A DNA stretch of 63,357 nucleotides, the filler included, from Craspedostauros australis (Eukaryota): assembly GCA_030167865.1 (NCBI GenBank). It is 4 parts of 4 records of this genome, joined end to end, with 100 filler letters (N's around TTAATTAATTAA, not from the genome) between each part and the next. Parts side by side here need not be neighbours in the genome. Positions count along the whole stretch, not along the records: positions 1 to 24,412 come from JALAGF010001260.1; 3 more parts are not named here. One strand, written 5' to 3'. A model generated the notes under the pieces. The model was not told the DNA's origin. It saw only the letters and a program-made list of their open reading frames with translations, and searched no databases. The stretch's first letter is position 1. Each line of letters starts with the position of its first letter. The position numbers and the translations under genes are program-made. Positions 1 to 11,930 of this stretch are shown here, piece after piece.

Positions 1-848
1 TACATCACATCACTCTCCACACAACAAGAGTTTTGTGTCCACACCAACGATTCTGTGTGAGCACAAGGTAGAGTCACTCTCCGGAAATTCAAGAATCGCG
101 AACAAAGCCCAAACGATGGAAGAAAAAAGAACGTTTTGGGACGAATGACCACTGCGACTCTATTGAAGCGCCAATGAGCACTGTTGCGTCTGTGCGTTAT
201 TCACCTAATAGGTAGATTCGACATGATTTTCAACCCTCCATAACTTTAAAATGATTGGACGGAACAATTCTAGTTCTTGCCATATGATGTATTTGATGTA
301 GGACAAGAGATATACGCAGTTATTTTTAACACAGAAACGACGTTCCCGAGAAAGGTGTACTATTTTCACTCAGGCGGGTCTTAATTGGGGAGTAGACTTC
401 GCGAGCACATTTGTCACAACACGGGAGGCGTGGATGTGTTTCGCCAGCGTCGCGGATTGCGATGACGCGTAGGGCATGATCACCAAACAGAGATAGATAG
501 ATAGAGAGAGTGAAGCACAATGAACACACAGCGAAGATGCGCTCAGTTGCCACCGGCATCAACAGGACATCTTGTGTGGCGGCCATGTTCTGTCACGACA
601 ATCACCGAGGTGGTTGGATACCATCCGCGAGTTGGATACTTGCTGGTACTGGTGCATAGTTACAGCACCAAGACAATCGAAGGCAACTTAGCTTGGGACG
701 ATCACCAAGGAGAGAGGGAGAAGGATCTTCGAAGGACACGATCATAAAATCATATCCTCCATCGACATCGAACGATAACACACCACAAAGGCGCTAACCA
801 AGACGACGCAATCCAGTCTCCGCTGTAAGCACCACCATCATCCTCACA

Positions 849-3800
849 ATGGCAACAAAGAACAGCCAGCCATCGATGATCACAGCGTTCCTCATCCTCA
901 TCGCCTTGGCGTCTCAGATTCCATGCACCATCGCTCATCAGGAATGCTGCTCCTGGAACTTTCGAGATTGTGACGAAACCACCAGCGACTATTGCAAAGA
1001 AAACCGCGAACACTGCGAGGATGATTGCGGCGCAGTGTGGATCACTCCAATGAACACCGACTTCTGTGCCGCACGTTGGGAACTCTGCCCGAACACAGCC
1101 GTCCACGTGACTGGAGAATGCTGTGAGGGCACGTGGTGTGAACAGACCAGCGAGGTGAGTCCTTCTATCGAGTACTCCGCAGTGTTCGTCTACCATACTC
1201 CAGCGCGATGCATATTCGGCGATCCTCAACGACAAGATGGAATGTGACAGGATCTGCTTGGCATCAACGACCAAGCCATGGCTTTCCGTTCTCAATTCCA
1301 TCCCATGTGTAGTCTGCTCCGCTCTCACATTTCTCTCAATCGTTCCACCTCTTTGCTTCAATTTGCATACTCGTGCATGATCAACATCTACACCCACAGT
1401 ATTGGAGATCATGCCAACCAATCAAGGACGAGTGCTGTTCCTGGAACAACCGAGATTGCACGGACAACTGGTACTGCAAGCAAGACAAATTCAAATGCGA
1501 GAGTGATTGCAGCGGTGACTGGATCAAGCCGCCGAAGGATTGCTTGGCTCGGTATGACCACTGCCCAATCACAGACATCGGCATGCAGTCCAACTGCTGT
1601 CCCGGGACGGTCTGCACCGACTTTGGGGTGAGTGCACAGTTTGGGTGGGGATAGTCGTGTTGTGTTGCCACGTCCTGGAGATGAACGATACCACGATTCA
1701 CTTGTGCGGCACAACGTAACTCACCTGTTCATACATGCCATGTCTCTATGCTCCATTCTCATACTCCGACTTGCTTCCGCGCGCTACCGCTACTTAGAAC
1801 TGGCAAGCATGCGAACCTGGAACTCCCATTGGCGGGACGGACCCGTCTCCTACACCGTCCCCGACTTGCGAATCTACTCCAAACCCAACTTCAGCTCCAA
1901 CGCGGCAGCCGATTGGAAGTCCAACTTCAGCTCCAACGGGCAACCCGACAGCAAATCCAACTGGAAGCCCCACATCAATGCCAACAGCTTCTCCCACGGC
2001 CTCTCCGACAGCGTTTCCTACAGCGACCCCAACAGTTGTCCCAACAGCGTCTCCAACAACGACCCCGACAGCGTTTCCGACAGCGTTTCCTACAGCGATC
2101 CCAACAATTGTCCCAACAGCGTCTCCAACAACTGCCCCGACATCCAAACCGACGGGTAGCCCAACGATTCGCCTGATCCCATCTCCGACTGCACGGCCAA
2201 CAGATACACCGACAATTGCACCAACGGCGGCGCCCACTACTTCGCCAGTCTCACCTTCAGCAACTACAGAGCAAAAGTGCTGCTCGTGGAACTTTAGGGA
2301 CTGCGAAGACTCCACCACCGACTATTGCAAAGAGAACGGCGATCATTGCGAAAACGAATGTGGCGGAGTGTGGCTCACCCCTGTGGAGACCAGCTCTTGC
2401 GCTGCGTATTGGGAACTATGCCCCAACACTGCTGTGCATGAGACCGGAGAGTGCTGCGAAGGAACGTGGTGCGAGCAAACTAACGAGGTGAGTACACCAC
2501 AACACTTGGGGTGGATGGAACGGTTGATTATCTGCCAACCCTGCTTGGTTGGATTTGATTGGGCATGGGCAGGCATGCTATGCCTCAAAGTAGAGGAGTG
2601 TGTCGCTCGACTCGGCCCTCCATGCAATGCAGGCGCTCTTGAAACTCCTACCACCCTCCAGCTTCTGAAACGAACCTGTCACTCTTCTCCAATCTCACTA
2701 TTTCACCAAAACAACCCACACGATCACACTCAATGCCACAGCATTGGAGATCATGCCAACCAATCAAGGACGAGTGCTGTTCCTGGAACAACCGAGATTG
2801 CACGGACAACTGGTACTGCAAACAAGACAAATTCAAATGCGAGAGTGATTGTAGCGGTAACTGGATCAAGCCGCCGAAGGATTGCTTGGCTCGGTATGAC
2901 CACTGCCCATTCACAGACATCGGCATGCAGTCCAACTGCTGTCCCGGGACGGTCTGCACCGACTTTGGGGTAAGTAGAAGTACCAAAACAGGAAGGATAT
3001 CATCACATCGCAGTCCGAATATTCGAGAAAGTTGTGAAATGCTCAATGCACCCTCATGTTTACACTCACAATTTCACTTCTTCATTCACCGCCAACGCAC
3101 TTTTCATTCAATTCTTCTACTCTTCTCCCCGTTGCCCGCACAGAACTGGCAAGCCTGCGAGCCGGGCACTCCAGTTGGCGGAACAGATCCACCTCGTACC
3201 GCCATGCCAACGAGTCGGCCAACTGCTGGCCCAACCATCGGACCAACCACAAACCCAACACGCAGCCCCACTGTCGCACCAACGAAATCACCTTCGACGA
3301 AGGCGCCGACCTCACCACCAACCTGGTCACCAACTTTGTCGCCAACTTCGCCACCAACGTCGTCACCAACCGAAATACCTGTTGATGGGCCAACCAACGC
3401 ACCGACGCTGGTGCCCACCAATTCACCGACAACTCGTCCCGTGATCCCTCCCACATCGTCTCCGACCATGGAACCGAGCGGTTCGCCCACCAAACAGCCA
3501 GTCGCCTCTCCAACATCATCTCCGACCCTCGGACCGACGACTTCTCCAACAACGACGCCGACTTCAGAGCCAACGCCAAGCCCAACTGACCAAGCTACAG
3601 CGAATCCAACAGCAGACGATATCGGCGATATCACATTCCCCACTGGCGACTTCATTACGGCAGGCACAGCCAACGAAAGGATTACCTTTCCCGAGCCACC
3701 GGAACCAAGCTTCCCACCTCGTGCCAACTGCCCGCACGAAGAATCTGGGCTCCGGGAATGGCAAACGTTTCTCCCATCCACTGGGAACGTACAGATCCCA

Positions 3801-6800
3801 GACGATACTCGTGTGGTCATCCGGCGTTCCATTTCTGAAACCCTCGGAAAGGTGACGATTCCAGCTTCATCCGAACTGATCATTGGTGAGGATGCGGATG
3901 GTATCACCATGGATACAGCCGGCTTTGATGTCCAAGGCAAATTGACGATTGGGTCGCCAGATTGCCGCATCGAAACGCCTGTGACAATCACCCTGCATGG
4001 CAGCCGTCCCAGCGACGTGGTCACGAATGTTCCTGATCCCACCGTCAAGGGAATTTCAGTTTCCGGCGAACTCAACATCCACGGCAAGCGGTATTACAGA
4101 ACGTGGACTCGACTTGCACTGACTGTCGAAGCAGGCGACGACATCCTGATGGTGCAGAACAAGGTAAACTGGGAAGAAGGACAAGAGATTGTGCTGATCA
4201 CGACGGCGATGAAGGATTCTCGCGAATGGCACAGAAATGAAGTCGCCATCGTGAAGCGAGTGATTCACGACCCGATCAACGGCGCAGGCGTCGGTTCTGC
4301 CGTCCTTCTCGAGTCTCCTGTCCAGTACGACCACAACGCCAACAAAGGCTACCAAGGAGAAGTTGGCTTGCTCAGCCGTACCGTCATGATCCAAGGCGAC
4401 GAATCTTCTGAACCTACTGATCCAGACCCGCTGAACTGCCGCGATGACGGCCGGTTCAACCTTGGCGATCGCAACGTGCCATGCCCGAACACTCAGCTCA
4501 CAGGATACGGCGGACACGTGATCATTCGCGACGGCGGCCGTGGGTACGTGGAAGGGTTGGAACTGTATCGTATGGGCCAAACAAACGTGCTCGGAAGATA
4601 TCCCATGCACTTCCATTTGCTGAGAGACAGTTGCGAGGATTGCTACTTCCGCGATTCTTCGATCCATCAATCGTACTATCGATGCATCTCCATTCACGGC
4701 ACAAACTCACTGCAAGTCTCAGAGAACGTAGCCTACGATGTCACAGGATTCTGCTACTACATGGAGGATGGTGTGGAGACGGAGAACCGACTGGAGTACA
4801 ATCTCGGTGCACATATCCACCTCTTGGGCGACTCGCCACCATGGGGTTGGGGTCAAGAGGTCGCGCCAGTGCGCCAAAGCAACACGCTCACGTTGCCAGC
4901 GGACATTGCTGCTTCCGCATTTTACATCACCAACGTGCACAATCACGTCATTGGGAATGTCGCATCGGGTGGCTGGGCTGGATTTGCCTTCCCCAATCTG
5001 AGAGCACCAGTTGGGCTGCACAAGAATGTTGCCATCTCGCCGGAGCAGGCCAACGGACTGACCATCGACGGAAACACCGCCCATTCCACCTCCTGGTGGT
5101 GGTTCCACGCAGCGGCATTCTACTTTGGCGGGTCGCTGTACTACGTCAACGATAATGGCAACGAAATCCTCGAGTACAATGCCGGCAGAGATTTTGGCTC
5201 GGATAGGGCTAGCGACTACCCGCTGCAGGTCACCAACAGCAAGGTATACCTGGCCGCAGCTGTCGGATTGGGTTCGTGGACTGGTCGTTTCGATGTCGTC
5301 GGATTTGAATGCCACGACTGCGGATTGTCCCTCGAATCTCTTTCTAATGGCTTTTGGATCAACGACCTGCTTGTCGTCTGTCGCACCAACGTGCCCATCA
5401 TGCTCCCGGAAGAAGCAGACGTGAGGCAGATTCATGCCGATGGTTTTATTTGGTACGACACCGATATGGAGCATATCATCACCAAGGCCACCTTCCGCAA
5501 CTGCGGGTACCGATCTGACCAGTTCAATCAGTACGATAGCAACGCAGACCGCGGATGTGGCGACGAAAATGATATTGGCTGCTACGATGGCTCGAGCGTG
5601 TGGGGAATGCTCACGCACAGCGACCAGTTCGTCCCGGAACTGATGCAGGCAACGAAGGACATCGAATTTGATAACTGCGGACGGCGCTTCCGCATGAACG
5701 ATTTCCGCTGGCAACCACCGTATTCATCGGTCAGCGCCCGAGTTCAGAATTGGCTTGATATGGACGGCACAATCACGGGCCTGGGCGAAAGATCCGCAGC
5801 TGGGTCTGGGCTTTCCGATGCTGGCATGTGGTGGCAGGCCGACGAAGACAGTAAGTCCGTATGTTGCTACAATGGATTGTTTTGTGTCACCTAGCGGCGG
5901 CTGTGTTTGTTGTTTGCTTCGGAGAAGCGCACGTTCGTGGGCCAAATCAAAGTCACTGAACGCAATACGAGCGCATTCACAATCTATCACCATCAAATCT
6001 CAAACTCCTTGCGCCTCTTTCGACTTTGCGCCGTGTCATTGCGTTCCTCCGCACTGTGCTACACGAAATACACCACACTGCACTGCGGCATCCTTCAACA
6101 CGCTCGCGCGTCTTCTACTCGTACGATAGGTGTGTACGATCCACAAGCACCGCTCTGGTTCTTCAGTCTGGAAACTGGTCCGCAGCGTGGTCTGGGCCAT
6201 TTCAACATGAAATGGGACGACAGCCTCCACAACAGAATTGGTGGGGGCGAGTGCAGTAATGGCGACGTCAACGTGCCATGCCAACCGCATGGGTACCTGC
6301 GCCACCTTGGTGAGCGATACGAGAACGATCCTGGATTGCCTGTGACAGCCAACGGTGACATCGTCGGCCCCGTCGGTGGCTTTGGCTGGAGGCTTGAGTT
6401 GGACGGAGGTGCACCCAGATCCCTCAAGTTTGACCTCATCGAAGTTGACTCGGACACTCCATTGCTGTTGAGCATCGCGTATCCTCAGGGCACCACGTTC
6501 ACCATCGTCGCCCACGCCGCCTGGTGCTACGCAACGCCTTCGTTCGCCTGCACGGCAACCTTCCAGCAGGTCGGATCGGTCTCGGAAGTGCTCCAATCCA
6601 ACGGTGATACCTACCACGTCGACAACGATGGGGTGCTAACATTCCGCGTCGTCCAAACACCAAAGACGTGGGTTGGTACACCCGATTTCTACATTCCAGA
6701 TTACGACAGCCCTGGCAGGAAAGAAGGCGAGTTGGCACTGCAACGATTCGAACGCGACTCGGTTCGACTGCCGAGGAAGTCGTACGGTCCCTGGTTGCAG

Positions 6801-6971
6801 CTGGATGCATCGTGCTCCAACAACGGTGTGTACTGCACCGGGAGCGTCGTCGATTACAGGCCCAATGTCTGCCCTGGTGGGTACGTACAGACTGGATATG
6901 ACACCTGCACCAACTCCCAAAACCCCACGCAGAAGTACTTCGCGGATGGAACATTCTCTGGTGTCCCATAA
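849..6971 (+). CDS. Secreted G8-domain / PbH1 beta-helix protein (CEMIP/TMEM2/fibrocystin-like) with four N-terminal Cys-rich modules and two Pro/Thr linkers; 6 exons, about 1666 aa
   Basis: Exons from GT-AG sites that keep frame: 849-1154, 1400-1627, 1798-2487, 2742-2969, 3144-5850, 6130-6971 (donors gtgagt/gtaagt, acceptors cag/tag). Signal peptide MITAFLILIALASQ. G8-like region (GKVTIPASSELIIGE..FDVQGKLTIGS..VTITLHG..GELNIHG), then family motifs TWTRLA, EVGLLSR, GGHVII, LYRMGQTNVLGRYPMHFH, RCISIHGT, GFCYYMEDGVE. Confidence 0.88.
1843..2265 (+). repeat. Pro/Thr (PTxx) mucin-like linker repeat, about 12-nt unit, in exon 3 of the G8 gene; second linker at about 3204-3610
   Basis: Repeated ccaacagcg/ccgacagcg units encoding PTAS/PTAF/PTTT, with a ~56-nt internal duplication (about 2005-2060 vs 2077-2132). 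Confidence 0.85.
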
Positions 6972-7385
6972 CGACCCTCTCTGCAAGAGTGCGACCTCCG
7001 TGCTCAGCCACGCTCAATCCCACAGGCAACCAACGTTAGAGTTTGCTCCTTTCATGTTGTTGTACCATTGATTATAGCTTTACATGTGTACCATACATAA
7101 GCATTAGTCTCAATATTTATGAACAAGTGGAAGCTGATGCAGTCTCTATGTGTATTGGCGCAGTAACACGAGTGCGTTCAGTGTTCCTCATCATCAGGCG
7201 ACATTGCCACATGTGGAGAAAATGAAACATAGGAGGCGCTGCTCTCAATACCCCATGGCGTTCAATGGCTGTTGTTCCTTCAAAGCTTTCTTTCTATTTG
7301 GTGAATTATGTTCCCATTCACCCAGACACGTTCGTGCTATTACTCCCTGTACGTCCCATTCTTTCACCAGTAACCGGCACCCTGT

Positions 7386-10300
7386 TTATTCGTTGCAGAC
7401 CGATAGAAAGGACAGTGGTTTTCCTGTCTTTTGGAACTTGATCTTGCGCGTGCTGTTTGGCTTCTTCGTCTCCTGCTTTTTCTTCTTCTTCTTCTTGGTG
7501 GTTGCTGCTGCTTTGTCGGCATGCTTCGAGGATACGGCCTTCGCCATTCCGGCGTCGCTTTCCAAACTATCGTCTTCATTCACGCCGCCGCTGCTGTAGG
7601 TCGTGTCGGTCGTGTGGCTCGTGATGCTGTTGTTGGATATGGACTTGTCCACCTGCGTTCGCCCTTTCGACGTCGAGGAAGTGGCAGTGTTGCCATTTCC
7701 TGGTTGTTTGGATGTCGGTGTTGCTGTTGCAGATTGTCCCAGCGAGCGTGACGATAGACCAGAGAATCGAGAAACCTTGCGGCAACTGCCTCCGCTACCC
7801 CGGGCAGTCTCCGTCTCGATGGACCCGATATCCGATTCCGTGATGTCGGCGCTGGCTTCGCTTATGGTCGGACAGTCCTCGCTCCCCTGGAGTGAGACGG
7901 AGGATGACGTCGATGACAGGGTCGCGATGGAGGCATCGCTCGAGGTGGACATCGCGGATCGTGACGCGGTAGATTCCACGCTCCGGATGGACGTGGAGAG
8001 TGGAACTTCGAACGATTTGGTCGGTCGCAGTGGCTTTCTGCGTTTCAGTCCCTTGACATCAGAAGCAGACGGCAGCTTTGTCATGTCACCGCTGAAGGAT
8101 TTCGATTTCTTCAGTGATTTTCGCTCTTTCTTCTTGGACGATTCCTTTTTCTTCTTCTTGGACTTCTTCACGTCATCGCTGATGCCGTCGCGAGAAGCGG
8201 ACACATCAGGAAGCGACATGAAGGAGGTGGCGGTTACATCCATGATCTTGCGCAGCGACCGACTGGATTTTGGCTTCTTCTTGATGCCATCATCGCCGCT
8301 GCCCTTTGCATCTTTCTTGCTGCTGGATTTTCGTCGTTTGAGCTTCTCGCGTGGTTCCCCCGATGACGACTTTTTCTTTGGTTTCAAATTCCTTTGCGAC
8401 GACGCCTTCCTGGTCTTCTTGTGCTTCGAACCTGTTGATCCGAGACTCATCATCGATTGCGGTTTCTTAATTGGATCTGCCTCGCCCTGTTTTGTCGCTC
8501 CGCGCATCATCTCCACCGATGTGCTGAGATGATCCAACAGCGCTCGTTGGCTGGACGGGTACTTTGGACCAGCATTATCATCGTCGTCGTCGCTACTATC
8601 ATGACTTGCAGCATCATTGGAATGTTTTCCTTGTTGCTGATCCGCGAGGGTCCGCGTCTCTTTCAGCTTCGCAATCATGCGTTCCATTTCGTGCAACGAC
8701 GACGAGCTGCTCTCGCTGCTGTCGCAGCTGAAGGACTTGACGTTGAGCGTTCCTGACGATGACAGGATGTACATGGCATTCATCTTCTCCAACGCGGCGA
8801 GCGTCTCGCTGGCCTGCGCCGTGGATTGCGTCAGTTCGGCAAGATCGTCACCAGTCGTCGATGACGTTGACGTGTCCAAAGGATGCGACTCCATCGGTTG
8901 CTGCTGCGACGCCTGCGAACTGCTCGTGAAGGAATGGAATGATTGGGATCTCAAGTTGGCCTTCCGCGGCGTCGCATCTTCATCCATGACGTTGCGATTG
9001 CTGCGCGAACTCTTCTTGCGCACATCCTTGCTGCTCGTGCTCTTGGAACGGCGCAACGATTTTGGCTTCTTCGTTGCCAATTCGCTGCCGCCACGCGCAC
9101 GTTCCGTCGTGTCTTGCAGCACATCGTCGGAATCATGCGACAGCTTGCCGTCCTTCGCGAGATGGCTGGTATCGCGCCGCTGCTTGGCGTTCACCGTCGG
9201 GACGCTCGTGTTCATGACTTGCGAATTCATCAGGGTGTTGTTGCTGGCCGTGGTGCGCAGCGTGGAAAATGACTCATTGGACGAACCCGTCGCATTGTCC
9301 ATGATGTCGCTGCCGGCCATTGAACCCGAACTGAGCGTTCGGGAGGATTGTTGCGTTTGCGACGCGGGGCTTGCGCACAGGCTGTGGGCGGGTGGATCGA
9401 TGATACGCACGCGCGGTTTATCAGACTGCGGTGGTTTGCCCGACTTTCTCGACGATCCGCCTGGAATGAGCGGCGGCGCCGGTGGCAATGTGTTAACGGC
9501 AACAGGTGGTCGTCCGGCCGTCGGGCTCGGTTTGGCCGTTGCTGCCAACGCGTTGATAAGGGCCTGAGACGGAGAGAATTCGTTCTTCTTGGGTCGTCGC
9601 TTTTTGATGAGGACACCGCTGGGGGAGATCAGAGTGGCCGGACGTCCTGGAACACGGCGCGGACCGCCGATGCTGGAACGAGAGTGCGCGCTGCGACCCG
9701 TGGCACTCGCGACGGAGTTGCCGGATGACATGGATTTCTGCTTGTTCATCTTTTGGAAGTGGTCTGTTAACGATGCCCCGATGCTGGTGTCTGAATCGCT
9801 TCTGTGCGTGTCGACGCTCTCTGTCTCCGACAAGATGCCGAACTCGGACGACGCCGACACATCGGATTCATCCGTGACGGAGTGCAATGGAACGTTGTAC
9901 TCGTCCTCGCTGTCATGATCATGATAATCGCCGTTCTCATCCAGATCTTCGAAGGACGACAGCTGCGTCGCCGAGGTCCCGATCGTGGCGTTTGCCGGTT
10001 CATCGGATGACGACGACGAGGACTCGATCGGCTGTCCGCCGTCGGCCCTTCCGGCATACGCCTTGATGTCCTTCAACGTGATGGATTGTCGAATCTGACC
10101 GGATGGCAGAATGACGTGATCCTGTATGATGTCTATCTCGTAGCTTTCATCGGATTCGCAACTGTTGTGGCTGACGCTGTGGTGACTGGTGCTGCCGCGC
10201 CTCTTGCTGGATGCCGCGGTGTCCATGGTGATGGTGGTTGCCTTTCCGTCGCCGGGTCTGGCATCCACTTCGTACGTCGATTCGGCTGGTTTGAGGAGCT

Positions 10301-11930
10301 CGCTGTCCAGAGACAGAGCAAAGTCCGTGAGGGGTGTCTTGTCCTCATCGTCATCGTAGAAGCTGTGGCCGCTGCTGTCATCATCATCAGCTTCAGCAGT
10401 GGATGCGAGCTTCTTGCCAACGCCGAAGGATGTGAGGTTGCCCATCGACAAAGGCCTGCGTGGTTCGGCCACGACAGGTGAAGACAAGAGGGCGTTGTAG
10501 ACGGCGGTCTTGTCGGCTTTCGCGCTGTGCTTGGACTTGTTGTGCTTGACCATGCTGTCTTGCGTGCCTCGAGTGTGATCGCTGCTCTCGCCCGTGCCGA
10601 TGGTACTGTGGGCACTCTTGTTGGCTCTGCTGAGCAAGTTGCGTTCCGACTTGGCCCGCCTCTTCGTGCTGCTGGATTTCTTCTTCTTCTTTCCGCTTTT
10701 GCGGGCCGAGGGACTGCTGCTCCTGCCACCGGACGACTTCTTCTTCTTGATCTTCTTGCTGGCCTTATCTTTCCCATTGTTGTTGGTGGCCACCGCATCG
10801 CTGCTGCTCGTCTTGCGCTCCTTGGACTTGTTGCGTTTCTTCTTCTTCTTGGACACGGGATCGACAGCGCGGCCGCTGCGCTTGTTCTTGCCAGCTTGCC
10901 GCAACGCGTCGCGCTCCGCCGGCGTCGTGAACATCTGCACTTCGCGTTCCAACCGCAGTCCCAACGTCATGGCCACCATCCCGGAGTTGGCCGTGACCTT
11001 GGCGTACATGTTGCCGAGCCGCTCGTGATTGTCGCTTCCCTGCCGCCATTGCTCATCCTGCTCGTTCATGACGGTGTCAAAGGCGATGGCGCGGTTGCGC
11101 TCGCGCTTCTTGGTGCCGGCGATGGTCCAATGCTCCAACCCGCAGGCGCAGAGGTCCTTGCCGCGCACGAAGCCGTACTCCTCCAGGACTTCGGCCGTGA
11201 TCTCGCAGTGATCGAAGATGACGTCGTACTCGTGGCGCGTGTACCAGACGGCGTCGAACTCCTGTTTGGTGAACTCGTCGATGTTGATGATGGGGTGGAT
11301 GGACTCCCACTGGCTGAAGCGCACGTATCGCGATCGTTTGCGCGATTGTTTGTTGGTGTCGTCACCATTGCTATTGGTAGTGTTGTTGTTGTTGTTGCTG
11401 TTGCCATTGTTGCCGTTCGAGTTGGAGTGGGACGATGCAGTGAGAGGCGCAACCATGGCCGCCAGATCATCCGACGATGCCCCGCGCTGCGGTGGCTTGA
11501 GGCTGCTGCCGTTGGCCGCCACCTTGGTCTGCAGGATGTTCTTGACTCTCTGGCTGTGGTTGCTGTTGCTGTTGTGGTTGCTGACGCTGACGTTCCGGCC
11601 GTTGCGGTTGCTGTTGCTGACGCTGTGCCGGCTGATGCTGTTCCGGCTGTGCGTACTTGTACTTGTGCTGCTGGTGTTCCTGTGGCTGCTGCTGTGGGTG
11701 CTCATGGTCATGGTCTTGGCGTGGTTCGAGGCAATGATGCCGTCCACAACGTCGGTGCCGCCGTTGGGATGGAACCTCGAGGTCACGGAGACGGGCTGCG
11801 GGTTGACAGGCGATGGCAAAGTGGCATGGTCGGAGGAATCGGGACACTCGTGCGGTCGAAAGACGGTGTCCATGGCGTTGGCGTTGGTATAGCTGTTGCT
11901 GCTGGTCTTCCCACGCGTGTGGTGTGGCAT
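7386..11930 (-). CDS. Large Ser/Lys-rich low-complexity hypothetical protein with one compact domain of a type common in diatom proteins
   Basis: Uninterrupted ORF (up to 1573 aa from 12107; likelier start MPHHTRG at 11930). Compact segment at about 10940-11330: VRFS..AVWYTRHEY..CACGLE..AFDTVMNEQDEQW..LGNMY..AMTLG. Many poly-Lys NLS-like tracts. Confidence 0.75.
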   Translation of the reverse strand: MPHHTRGKTSSNSYTNANAMDTVFRPHECPDSSDHATLPSPVNPQPVSVTSRFHPNGGTDVVDGIIASNHAKTMTMSTHSSSHRNTSSTSTSTHSRNSISRHSVSNSNRNGRNVSVSNHNSNSNHSQRVKNILQTKVAANGSSLKPPQRGASSDDLAAMVAPLTASSHSNSNGNNGNSNNNNNTTNSNGDDTNKQSRKRSRYVRFSQWESIHPIINIDEFTKQEFDAVWYTRHEYDVIFDHCEITAEVLEEYGFVRGKDLCACGLEHWTIAGTKKRERNRAIAFDTVMNEQDEQWRQGSDNHERLGNMYAKVTANSGMVAMTLGLRLEREVQMFTTPAERDALRQAGKNKRSGRAVDPVSKKKKKRNKSKERKTSSSDAVATNNNGKDKASKKIKKKKSSGGRSSSPSARKSGKKKKKSSSTKRRAKSERNLLSRANKSAHSTIGTGESSDHTRGTQDSMVKHNKSKHSAKADKTAVYNALLSSPVVAEPRRPLSMGNLTSFGVGKKLASTAEADDDDSSGHSFYDDDEDKTPLTDFALSLDSELLKPAESTYEVDARPGDGKATTITMDTAASSKRRGSTSHHSVSHNSCESDESYEIDIIQDHVILPSGQIRQSITLKDIKAYAGRADGGQPIESSSSSSDEPANATIGTSATQLSSFEDLDENGDYHDHDSEDEYNVPLHSVTDESDVSASSEFGILSETESVDTHRSDSDTSIGASLTDHFQKMNKQKSMSSGNSVASATGRSAHSRSSIGGPRRVPGRPATLISPSGVLIKKRRPKKNEFSPSQALINALAATAKPSPTAGRPPVAVNTLPPAPPLIPGGSSRKSGKPPQSDKPRVRIIDPPAHSLCASPASQTQQSSRTLSSGSMAGSDIMDNATGSSNESFSTLRTTASNNTLMNSQVMNTSVPTVNAKQRRDTSHLAKDGKLSHDSDDVLQDTTERARGGSELATKKPKSLRRSKSTSSKDVRKKSSRSNRNVMDEDATPRKANLRSQSFHSFTSSSQASQQQPMESHPLDTSTSSTTGDDLAELTQSTAQASETLAALEKMNAMYILSSSGTLNVKSFSCDSSESSSSSLHEMERMIAKLKETRTLADQQQGKHSNDAASHDSSDDDDDNAGPKYPSSQRALLDHLSTSVEMMRGATKQGEADPIKKPQSMMSLGSTGSKHKKTRKASSQRNLKPKKKSSSGEPREKLKRRKSSSKKDAKGSGDDGIKKKPKSSRSLRKIMDVTATSFMSLPDVSASRDGISDDVKKSKKKKKESSKKKERKSLKKSKSFSGDMTKLPSASDVKGLKRRKPLRPTKSFEVPLSTSIRSVESTASRSAMSTSSDASIATLSSTSSSVSLQGSEDCPTISEASADITESDIGSIETETARGSGGSCRKVSRFSGLSSRSLGQSATATPTSKQPGNGNTATSSTSKGRTQVDKSISNNSITSHTTDTTYSSGGVNEDDSLESDAGMAKAVSSKHADKAAATTKKKKKKKQETKKPNSTRKIKFQKTGKPLSFLSVCNE

